This document shows, one piece after another, positions 14,301 through 24,691 of a DNA stretch of 64,000 bases. The notes under the pieces are model-generated. The model was given only the letters and a program-made list of their open reading frames with translations, made no database searches and was not told where the DNA came from. Each line of letters begins with the position of its first letter. The first letter of the stretch is position 1. Both the position numbers and the translations under genes were made by a program. Source of the stretch: Balanoglossus misakiensis (taxonomy: Eukaryota; Animalia; Hemichordata); NCBI GenBank assembly GCA_040954595.2, contig CM082587.2, positions 6,995,705-7,059,704 on the forward strand, given 5' to 3'.

Positions 14301-17300
14301 ACATGACAAAGCCATGAAGACTGAACTTTCATATTTATATTCGATCACTCTTCCCCTCAGACACTGCAGGGGAGTCTGTTGACACAATGAACCCTAAAGG
14401 GCGCTCCAGCAGCCCCCTGATTGGGATACTGGTAGCCATCATCGTCCTCCTGGTGCTCTTCATTGTCATCATCATGCTGTTGCTATGGCGAAAGAGGATG
14501 ATGAAACTGGCCAACTCGGCCCCGAATAAAGTGGAGCAGGTGCGCTGCGACCTCACGTCGGTGCAGATCACCAACAATCAGCGAGACAACATCCGCGACA
14601 ATCAGCAAGAAAATTTGACCTATGACACGGCGTTGCTGTCGTCTGTCGACGGGCCGGTCTACGACGAACCGTGGGGACAGAATCCGTTTAATCCACTGAG
14701 GAGGGCTCTGCCAGAACTTCCACAAGGCTCGGAAAATTCTGGTAGGTTTCAGTTTCTGAGTTTTGCTCTGATAGTTGCGGACTGTGACTGAAGTGATACG
14801 GATCTCAAATACAAATCATTTCGAAATCAACTGAACAAAAACCAACCGTGACTCGTCATAGATTCAAATTAGTATTTGTTGAAAATTCTTTTCATACATT
14901 CACAGTTCCTCTAAATTAGTCAAGAAACACATTGTCTAAATAGAAATAATGGGATGGAATGTGGTAGTAATTTATACATCCAAGTACTCGCTACTAGTTA
15001 GAACATCCTTAATTGTTGGCTCTTATAAAAATAAATATTTCCCATGATTTTTTTTTTTTGGCAACACACAGGTAGCTCATCTCTGGTCTATGCCGAACCA
15101 GACATCACCAAATCCACAGGGCACAGCAGATCTAACATACTGCTTCAGCATTACGCCGCAACAGATGTGGTGAGCGCTCTCAACCTACAGGGTGTGTCGG
15201 GTAACAACATCTACTCGGTTCCAACAGCCAGTCTGGAGAAACTGAACAACATCAACACCCCTGTACCGGAAATAGCCTTTGACAAGCTCAATTTCAAGGA
15301 GATTCTGGGAGATGGCCAGTTCGGACAGGTTAGTGTCTTACTTATATGCAATGTAATAGACCTACTCCCGAATAAATTGTCGCGCACAGACTACTGCAGT
15401 GTTCTATGGAAAATAGGCACGGGATTAGTCACATGATAGTGGTATGAATACATACCACTATGTGGGTCGGCGTGTTCATAGGAATACATGTATTTTATGG
15501 CCATTTTTCTCACATGGTTTTGTTTGTAGCCTGGTACATTCTAATTCCTTGTTTCACCTATTTCATGATGTCAGATTGCCCGAAAATGTTGATATCTTTT
15601 AAATTTTAATCAGCCAAAATTGTTTAAACTTTCACTGAACAGAATTTAAAGGCCATATAGTAATTGATGAAAAAACTACATGAAATTACTATAACAGTTA
15701 ACCAGGGAAAAGTTACAAATGTTTGAAAATGGGTAAAAATTTGTATCAACTAATTCTGGGATTAATAGAATCTCACACTCCCATTTTTTACAGGTTCACT
15801 TGTGTGAAATTGAAGGTCTTGAAGATTTAACCGGAAACGAATACGAATGTGATAAAGGCCAGACCACATTGGTGGCTGTCAAGATGCTTCGAAAAAATGC
15901 TGATAAAAATGCGAGGTAAGTCTTAGAATGAATGGTCTACAGTTGGATAGTGAAGTGTATTAAAAGTAGTTACACATTGTGTATGTGGCATTTTTCTCCC
16001 AGAAATATTGTATTTTTTTTTCAAAGTCATTCCAAACAAAAGATTGGAATGGATCCTGATAACTTTTTGACTTTTCCCCTCAGGTCCGATTTCCAGAAAG
16101 AAGTGAAGATCATGTCTCAGCTGCAACACGACAACATCGTCAAACTGATCGCCGTCAGCACGCGGGAAGAGCCCTGGTGCATGGTGGTGGAGTACATGAG
16201 CAACGGCGACCTCAATCAGTACCTCTTCGAGAGAGAACTGGACGTGGAAATCAGCGGCGCTTCAAATGCACATCCCATAAGGTACAATCGCCATAAATAC
16301 GAGGTGCTTTTTGCAACCTGTGGGGAAGGTATTAATCAAGCGGCCCCTGCACAAAGATGATAATGTACAAAGTATACAATGTCATCATGAAATAGATTCT
16401 TAAGAACATTTTGTATGCCAGTGCAAATGACAAAAATTGATTCGAACTCAGTAGGAATCACAGTGTCCGTATCCTGTTTGTTAGAGATCTTAAGTTGTGT
16501 GTACCGTTGGGGGAATTATTCACCTATATCTTTGATTTTGAAACAAAATAACAGAAACATTTTCATATTGATGTACACTGGATTATTTTGTCATTACAGT
16601 GTAGGCAGCCTGATCTTTCTGGCCACCCAAGTGGCCTCTGGAATGGAGTACTTGTCATCCATGAACTTTGTGCACCGCGACTTGGCTGCCAGGAATTGCC
16701 TGGTTGGGAATGGTTACTCCATCCGTATCGCTGATTTTGGGATGAGTCGAAGTCTCTACTCGGCCGATTATTATCGTATTGAAGGCAAGGCCATACTGCC
16801 AATCCGTTGGATGGCTTGGGAGTGTATTCTATATGTGAGTATACTTGTAGCTCATGCTCTTATATCTTTTATCTGCCATATATGTTTGGCAATTGGAGTT
16901 TATCGTACAGGCTGACAAAAGTTTCTGTGTGTCTGTCTGTCTGTATGTATGTCTGTGTGTGTGTTTGTAGGTATCCTTGTATGTATGTATGTATGTATGT
17001 ATGTACATGTAGTTACATTTATATATTTACATGTATGTCCCATCTGTCTGTTCATGGCAAAACTTGGATTTTTTTATAGAAATGGTGAGGTGTGTTTTGG
17101 GCATTATTTCCCCACGTTTTGAAGTAAATTTGTTTGCATATACATGTATTATAACTGAGATATTACACACTGATTTGAATAATCTCCCCAATAGTAAAAT
17201 GCCTACTGATCATCTGCATGGCTCATAACGCTTTCTCTGAACGTTCTCGATCTCATTACAGGGGAAATTCAGCACAGCCAGTGATGTATGGGCACTGGGA

Positions 17301-17564
17301 ATCACGCTGTGGGAGATCTTCTCCCTGGCCAAGCGCCAGCCGCTCTCCGAGCTCAGCGACCAGCAGGTCATCGACAACAGCGGCCATTACTACCGCAACA
17401 GCGGTTGCCACGTGGTTCCCTCGAAACCCAAACACTGCCCGACGGACGTCTACGAGATCATGAAGCAATGCTGGAGACGGGACGCCAACCTGAGGCCGAC
17501 TGCTCATTTCATCCATGACTTCTTCCAGCAGAAAACCATGGGGTACGAACCTGCTGTAGTATAG
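11371..17564 (+). CDS. DDR2: Discoidin domain receptor tyrosine kinase (DDR1/DDR2 co-orthologue), 12 coding exons, ~932 aa
   Basis: Exons 11371-11455, 11713-11818, 11978-12230, 12501-12654, 12918-13430, 13848-14039, 14361-14741, 15072-15328, 15794-15915, 16084-16281, 16600-16834, 17262-17564 (all GT-AG, phases consistent, 2799 nt). Signal peptide; discoidin domain ([40 protein letters not shown]); DS-like domain ([24 protein letters not shown]); TM helix [24 protein letters not shown]; juxtamembrane YAEP and [11 protein letters not shown]; kinase [49 protein letters not shown]. Confidence 0.96.
12362..12476 (+). repeat. Degenerate 44-bp tandem repeat (~2.6 units) in DDR intron
   Basis: catggatgtgacacgaatgctgattggtcaat / gatgagagtgacaccaacgctgattggtcaat / catggatgcgacgtcagaactgattgc. 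Confidence 0.7.
13562..13579 (-). promoter_or_regulatory. CTCF-like motif
   Basis: CAGCGCCCCCTAGAGGCG is close to the reverse CTCF core GCGCCCCCTRGTGG; further matches at 21242-21256, 42635-42650 and 52159-52170. Confidence 0.45.
13711..13750. mobile_element. Truncated, reverse-orientation copy of the TTAA/CCCTTTCACC MITE
   Basis: ttggacctctacacagggaactgggggtgaaagggtta is the reverse complement of the left half of the 28338 and 44323 copies. Confidence 0.6.
14150..14210 (+). repeat. Dispersed repeat shared with 37038-37096
   Basis: aaggcagtccacaatttgaatgc...aaaattttgcagaacatttggatt versus aaggcagtccactatttgaatgc...aaaatttgcagaacatttggatt. Confidence 0.6.
16925..17005. repeat. (TG)/(TGTA)/(TGTC) compound microsatellite
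   Basis: tgtctgtctgtctgtatgtatgtctgtgtgtgtg...atgtatgtatgtatgt in the last DDR intron. Confidence 0.85.
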
Positions 17565-19869
17565 TAGACCCGCCTAGGCGCCGGTGAGGGAGTTCAGAGT
17601 TCAATACCTCAAAATTAATTTTTGACTTCCTCCCCCACCAAATGTGCATGGTTCAATCATAGTCATCACTTGTACCAGATTTCAGTGTGACATTAACGAC
17701 ATTACCATAGCAACAGTTGCTATTCTGGTATTGTTACACTATGGAATCATTACTTATAGTTTTAGTGTATGCTATTGAAATATTCATGCAAATTTCAAAA
17801 TGATTTTAATAGTCCTTTTCATGACATACTGTATTTTCTTACACTTTCTATGAATTTTTACTTTGAATTAAATACTACCATTTTATCATTATTTCTGCAC
17901 ATTTTTACACTTTCACTTGCTGGCCTTGTGAAAGTTTAACTTTTTAAATAAGTTTTTTTTTTCTTCAATGAAATTTGTTTACTGTTTGGGATGTTCGCTA
18001 GGATATTGCTGGCACATCTCTCTGTATACTTTTTACAAATGAGATTCATTGACTTTCCATCAAAGGTCATGGATGCTTGGCAGATGTAAAGAAAATTATA
18101 TGCTAATATTATGCAAAATAAGTTAATTTGCATAAACCATTTGTTCTCATGCTTTTTGATATACTTGTACATGTAATACACCATAATGTATTTTGGAACT
18201 GATTTTCTTCCATTGAGATTATGTGCCAATGATTATTTCACTTGAACTTTTTTTGCTGTTTATTAACTTGACCAATGGTGCTGTCACAGTAAATCTTTGT
18301 TCCCCAAGAAACTAGGGTTAAGAGTCTTAATCAAAATGGTTCAGCTTTACACAAAGTCTGGACACAAAGACTATCACAAAACATTGTACTTCCTGGTGAT
18401 TTTGGATTTTGGAATCATGAGATTTTTTCAACAAGGGTAATTTCAATGCCAGTTCTGAGTGGTTACCTCAGTACAGTTAGCATAAAGAATTATATTTGCG
18501 TGAAAAATATATATTGAACCTGCCAACAACAGTCTGTGCTATGAAGTACAATATCAGAGTTGGGAAAAAGAGCTTTATTGACAGTCAGTGTTGGCTGTCT
18601 GTCTTCCTCTCTGAAGCAGGTGAATTTCCCAGTATTTGCTGTACTGCTTTTTTTCATAAGACCACCTTTGATTGGTTGATGGCAGTCATTATGCACAGGT
18701 TTGAGTCTTACGAGCCAATGGCGTCAGTTCTTTGTGAATGTATCAAGTCATTCTGAAATACATTTAAGAGATCCAATAGGGGTATATTATGTATTATAGA
18801 TATTTTGTGCACTGTGCCAATGTCTACACTATAGTCAATATATTGTACATTTGTATATCTATGTGTTCCTGTGTCAATTCTCTTGATATGTTTTGAACGG
18901 TAATGCAACCTAACCAAAAATCTTATGGATACTGACAGGAAACACCCTCAGAAAAGAAACCTTTTCTGATCCTCTGCTTAGGGACAGTTCTACATTATTT
19001 TTCACACTCTTGGTTAAGGTACAGATTTATTTTGTAAGATAAAGTAACAATAGTCTCAGAGACCAAGATTCTAATGATCAAGGTGTGTACATTTCTTGTC
19101 ATATATTTTCTCAAACTTAAACAGATAATGCACTTTGTAATTATTAATGTGGTAAACATTGTTCTTTACTTGTATCTTTTTGGCTTGCAGTCTAACTGTA
19201 GTTGTTTATACTATTAAATATAAAGTGGAATATATTAGATGTCACTTTTTTCTTAAGCTTGTTTTCTCACCTTCTATGTATAGCAGTGAGGATAAATAGA
19301 AAATATATCTTGTAAATGTTGCATTTGACTATTAAACTACGTAAAAAAAGACTTTTAATTTTGTAGTACTGTAGTAAGAGTTATTTTATTTCATGTAAAG
19401 TTTCATGCACACTGGTTTATATTATTTTTAAGAGTGTTTCGAGTCCATTTTTTATTCTTGCTTGATTTGGCATTTTTGTCTCATATTTGAATTTCACTTG
19501 CACGCAGCTAGTTTCATCAACAGGATCAGCTGTAAAACATTTTACAGGTTATGATAACGCGTCATTACATGTTCACAAACAACATCCAATCAAAGTTTAT
19601 CATATCATGCAGCTGTGACAATTCAGTGTAGAAAACTTTTTCCTTCAGAATCGAGATGTGAAAATTTTGGATTTCCATTTTGAAGTGGTACAGTTTGTTT
19701 GTTTATTTACATTACTCGTAGAACGCGCGAGTTTTGATTGGATGAGTTTAAACATGGATGTTCCGTTAAAAGAAGGCACAGTGTATTCAACGGGCAATTT
19801 TTGTTAATTTACTAGCGAGTCATGAGGGTCTTATTCCAGCATTATGTCCTTGTTGTAGTTACGTGCATT

Positions 19870-19890
19870 TTTATTTTTAAAGAAATAAAA
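19870..19890. terminator. Back-to-back polyadenylation signals (AATAAA on both strands)
   Basis: TTTATT at 19870-19875 (AATAAA on -) and AATAAA at 19885-19890 (+), between the convergent DDR and NB-ARC-TPR genes. Confidence 0.45.
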
Positions 19891-20430
19891 AAGAAATTTC
19901 ACGCATTGAAGATTATTCAAGTATATTTGGTGTGTTCATTTCTTTTACTATCCCGGACCTAGACAAGCTTCAATAGGGGCTGTAACTTTTGACCAGATGT
20001 ATTGTTGCCAACTGATGAATGAAAGTCAAACCTTTAGTTCTCAGTGGCAATAATCTATGTATGTAAATTAATCTTCGCCATGTGGGTAACTACACATCCA
20101 AGGTGTGAACTCGCCCACATGGTGTGCTAAATTTCTCACGCTCACTACGTTAGGTGTGTGACATGGTACTTTCCCCATTACGACGTGACCTCATGTTATG
20201 CAAGACTGTGTTGACAAGTCACAGTGAGTGAACATGCTTCAGAAACTAGATAGTACATGTACGGTACTAGAAGCTGTAACGAATGTGCAGAACACACTGA
20301 TGTAATTATCGCAAGTTACAGCGTGTGACCCTTTCACACACACACCCCCCCCCCCCCCCATATTCCTATATGTGGGCTCACCCACACCACTGAAAACAAT
20401 GGGACTGGACCACAATGAGGTTTGAAGGGG

Positions 20431-23400
20431 TCAAAACTGCTCCTCCAGCTTCTCTATTTTCCTTTCAACCAACACCACCCGACTGTGTTGATTCAATTTC
20501 TCGAGCAATTCTTTCACCCGGCTGAATTCCTGAAGACTTTTCTGTCGGGTGACCGCTGCGTTTTCGCCGTCTCCCATTCTGCGGTAAGTCTCCGCCAGGC
20601 AACTTAGGGACTCCGCGATCCCATCATTGGTCGGCTGCTGGGCCAGGACCACCTGTCTGAGTTCCGCAGCTTCGCTGAACGCCTCCTTAGCTTCCTGGAG
20701 TTTGTTAGCCCGCAGCAGGACCTCTCCCATTTGTTGGAGCGTCCCGGCGGTCGACGTGTGCGTTCCCAGCCTTTTCCGGCGTATTTGAAGAGCGCGCCTG
20801 AAGCACTCCTCGGACTTCTCGTAGTCATGGACCCCGGCGTAGAGTTTGGCGCGGTTGTTGAAAATCAGCGACGTGTCGTGATGCTCCAATCCCATGGCTT
20901 CCCTCATCTCGTACGCCTCATCCAACATCACCAAAGCCTTCTTCACGTTTCCACGCTTGCCGTACTCCATGGCGACGTTGTTCAGAGATATGACCACATC
21001 GTTGGTCGGGTTCTTGTTGAAACGTTTCTTGGTCGCCAGTCCCAGTTTGAATTGCTTGAAGGCCTTGTCGCCGTCACCAATCTGATTGTAGTACAGCCCA
21101 AGACAATTCTGCGACGCACCTAGTGTCGGGTGATCGCCAAAGATTTTACCTTTTATCTCGTAGGACTCAGTATGGTGTATGTAGGCCTTGTCGTACTCGC
21201 CTGTAGAGAACAAAGGCAAGTCAATATTACTTGTACTATCAGCACTAGAGGGCGCAATGACAACACCCAGTGAAGTACTGGTAGCAAGACAAGATTTGCT
21301 GCATGTGTATACACAACTTACAAGGATGAAGCTGTACCTACCTACATAGGTGTACACTATGGCCATTCTGGACATCGTAGCGGCCGTGTCTTTGTGGGGT
21401 ATCATCTTCAGCCTTTTCTGCATGTCAAGGGCTATATGGAAATACCTGCAAAAGTATCATAGAATAGTCCGTGAGAAGCAGATAACTTGTCAGCTCGATG
21501 GTGCAGGTGTAGGATCGTTGGTTGCATCATGTGTTTGCAGGGACCATGTGGTGAAATACAGAGGTGAATCCATTCCCCTTCTTACCTGAGCGCTTTCCTT
21601 TCCTCTCCCTGCATATGTAAATTCCATCCTACGCTGGAATACAACCTTGCCAGGCGTTCACTGTCACCAAGAGGTTTTAACAATTCGATGGCTTCCTTGT
21701 AGCTCTCATAGGCCTCTTGCCAATTCCCTAATACAATACAATACAATACATTACAATACAATATTAAACACCGTTGCAAGATTACTACAATGTCTTGATG
21801 TAGATATTGTGTTGTGTCTATTTTGTTTTCATAGATGTATGGATACTACTGTCACAGTGTAATGTTTAACTGTTTGCAAAATGTAAGAACTACATGTACA
21901 TATGATAACCCTAAATTCCTCCTATGTTTCATTTTCCTTTCATTGCTGTGAAGTTGGCACCATGTGTTCTGGAGACTAGCCCAGTACGTTGAAGGGTGTC
22001 AAACAGTTTGAGTGATTCTATTAACAAATAAAATAACTGGTCATGAAAAGGTATAATTTTTACCCATTTCCTGTGGCATGTATCAGAAGAATTAATGGTA
22101 CAATAAAGGTCATCCCTCATTATTTTCAAGTGAATTTGAAAAATCATGTGAATAAGTAACTTTTACCTCTGATTTGGTTCAGGGCCTGGCCGTAGCAATG
22201 AAGCATCACGGCACAGTCGACGTCATTTCCGTTCATGCGGGCGGAGTTCACACACGCCGTGTAGAATTCCACGGAGCCGCTGGTGGACAAAAAATCGATC
22301 AGGATGTACTCCCCGTGCTTCGCCGCCTCCATGATGGCGCGGTAACGGTCGGGCCGGCAGTGCATGGCCTCGCTCAGGAACTTCTCGATGTTCCGCACCT
22401 CCACGCTCAGCAACGGCAGCGTGTTCCTGCCGTCGCGGTCGATCTTCGCCGACATCTCGTCCAGGAGGCGCGCGAAGAAGCCGCAGAAGCCGTCGCGCAC
22501 CAGGTGCTCGTCGCGCAGATGCGAGAAATGATCGCGGATGACTAATCGCACGAACGGGTGCAAGTCGTATCGTTTAGTCTCCAGCATGCCGTCCACGAAG
22601 CCGTCCACCAACCAACGTCTCGCCAGCGGCCGCAAGACGTCTTGCTTCACGAATCCCGTCGTGGCCTTCCCGGTGACGGCCGCCGCTAACTCCGCACCGA
22701 AAGACCCCGGAATGTACTCCAGCTCGGCGGAGTGTTCCTTGAGGATGCCGGACAGCTTGTCCACGGATGCGCGGATCACGGCAACTGGCTGTTCCTCAAA
22801 GAAAACGCCGCCGTCGACTTCAGTGCAGAACTGCTCGGCCGTGTAATCCCCGTCGCGGATTGCCGCGCCCGCCATGATCAACGGCTTCGGAAGTCCCCCG
22901 CACATTGCCGCGATGCCTTTCCGGTGTTTCCGGTCGATCATTCCCGGAGCCACTGATTCCAGAAGCTCTTCCGCGTCTTTCCGTACGAGCGGTTTCAGTT
23001 CGCACGTGTGCTCTAACGGCTGCTTGAAAAAAAATGTGAACTTCACCCTGGTCGTGATGATCAGATGGACATAACCAGAATCGATTTCAATGATACCTTT
23101 GCATAATTCCATGAAGTCTGTCTGCATCTTTGAGCTGGTGTTCGCTGATGAAACATCTTCCGCATTGTCCAGGATGATGAAATAATATTCCTGAAGGTTC
23201 TTCACAGTTTTCATCAGACTGTGTAAGCTGACTTCGTATTGACCACTCACCTGTTGATGATTCCCTTGTTGGCCAATCAAAGCTGGGTTTAATGGCCCTG
23301 TGTTGGAATCTTGATGAGACGGAACCATCGGTTGGCTGTTTCCAAACTCTGACCAGTGTGCACCACCATCATGCGATTGGTCGAACTGAACCCTCCCTTC

Positions 23401-23748
23401 ATCTAACCTGAGTTGGGATAGGTCCCCTCCTGGAGTGACCGGATCAGATTTGGATTGCGCAAAGATGACTGATAACTGAAAGATGACTTGTTGGATGTTC
23501 CGAACATGTCTGAGACTGACTTCATGAACGTGATAAATACCATTCTTATTTCCTGATGATCTCTTCCATGCCTGGCCCAGCCGTCTGGCCAATTCAGTTT
23601 TACCAACCATAGACATACCCGTGATTTGAATCAACTGGGTGCCGCTGTCCAGTTTATCTTGCAGAGCAGACAGCTCTTCGTCACGTCCAATGAACTGCAC
23701 CTTTGGAAACGTCGACGCCATCTTTCTGTTGTTGCTGGCTGCAGGCAT
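20431..23748 (-). CDS. NB-ARC (STAND) ATPase + TPR repeat protein, NLR-like, no N-terminal effector domain; 4 coding exons, ~865 aa
   Basis: Exons (minus) 23748-22167, 21727-21586, 21445-21342, 21200-20431; GT-AG, phases 1/2/1, 2598 nt. Motifs: FIGRDEEL, Walker A GMSMVGKT, Walker B FIILDNAE, sensor-1 LIITTR, CELKPL..DAEELL, CGGLPKPL (GxP), RYDLHPFVR (MHD-like). These are followed by kinesin-light-chain/NPHP3-type TPRs (HPTLGASQNCLGLYY, SLNNVAMEY, FRRALQIRRKRLGTHTSTAGTLQQMG). Confidence 0.92.
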
Positions 23749-24292
23749 ACTGAAAATAAAAGAAGGTCAAAGTTGAACAACTCTGGCAAAGGAAACTCTT
23801 CAGTTGAGAGAATTTTAAAATTACAGCGTAAGTTCCTGAACTTGTTATATAGTTTCACTGGTGAGGGATATCTGCATCTACTGGCTGTGGACTAGAATAA
23901 CATAAAGGCACCAAACCCTTTTCATTAAATGGGTAAGTGTGTACATTATGCATTGAATATTACTTCAATGGAAGCAAAATCATGAAAATTATGTGTAAAG
24001 ACAATGCCAATGAGGTAACTCTTTGTGGCTAGGCTGTGTGTGTGTGTTACTGGTTGCACCTGTGGTAGGAAATGCAGTGAGTCGGTAACAACACAGTCCC
24101 TCCAAACACTGTGGTAACAACAAACAGCCCTGCTACGTAGAGCTACCGTACTACTGAGGTTGTGTACATGTTGTTTGTGTAAATGGAACTACTAAATGGA
24201 AATCTGTATAAAAAATTGTCAATATCATTCTCAGCTTTTCACCAAATAAAGTCCCAAATCAAGTTTCAAAAAATAGTACAGTGTATACTCAC

Positions 24293-24400
24293 GTTAATAT
24301 ATGTAAAAACTCTGGCCCCTTCGTTGAGAGAGAATCTACAGAACGCGAATAATACTAGCCGTTGATCGAGGCATATTATCTTCACTCTTCCTTGTTACTA
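24293..24400 (-). other. Probable non-coding first exon of the NB-ARC-TPR gene
   Basis: Minus-strand donor AAC|GTGAGT at 24293/24292 and acceptor tttattttcag|TATG immediately before ATG 23748; no in-frame ATG in this exon (in-frame TAG upstream). The 5' boundary is approximate. Confidence 0.5.
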
Positions 24401-24404
24401 CATT

Positions 24405-24416
24405 GGGGATTTCCCC
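24405..24416. promoter_or_regulatory. NF-kB/Rel binding site GGGGATTTCCCC in the bidirectional promoter
   Basis: Matches the kB consensus GGGRNWYYCC on both strands; lies between the divergent NB-ARC-TPR and ACTR5 genes. Confidence 0.6.
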
Positions 24417-24612
24417 TAATTTAGCCTAAAGGTCGCAGTTTGTGTAAACACGTAAACGTGTCTGTCAGTGTCAACAACAATGACAAATTCGATGACAGGA
24501 AATTAAAGATTCTCATTGTGAAACTATTCGCCATAAAGCTAAACGCAGCCATCAACTTCAGATTCCACAGTTTCTTGTAGTTTATCTACATAAAAACCGC
24601 ATGGCAATGTCT

Positions 24613-24628
24613 TGACCTGTCTTGACCT
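24613..24628 (-). promoter_or_regulatory. Perfect DR4 nuclear-receptor element (AGGTCA-n4-AGGTCA)
   Basis: TGACCTgtctTGACCT on +, about 65 bp upstream of the ACTR5 ATG. Confidence 0.4.
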
Positions 24629-24691
24629 CAAGTGCGCCATCATCAGGTGACCCATGGAATAACTCGATATGAGGTCATTCATATGAGCAGA

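Noticed and set aside
22167-23050. High-GC, intron-poor NB-ARC exon as evidence of recent bacterial HGT
   Set aside because: DDR exon 5, the last DDR exon and ACTR5 exon 3 show similarly high GC3, and the gene has canonical spliceosomal introns; composition alone does not support HGT.
20604-23074. Multiple overlapping ORFs (e.g. 20731-21123, 22174-22545, 22538-22846)
   Set aside because: Antisense or alternate-frame shadows of the GC3-rich NB-ARC-TPR exons.
24601-24615. ATG at 24601 as the ACTR5 start
   Set aside because: Closes after 4 codons (MAMS*); ATG 24692 splices in phase to NIFRFKD.
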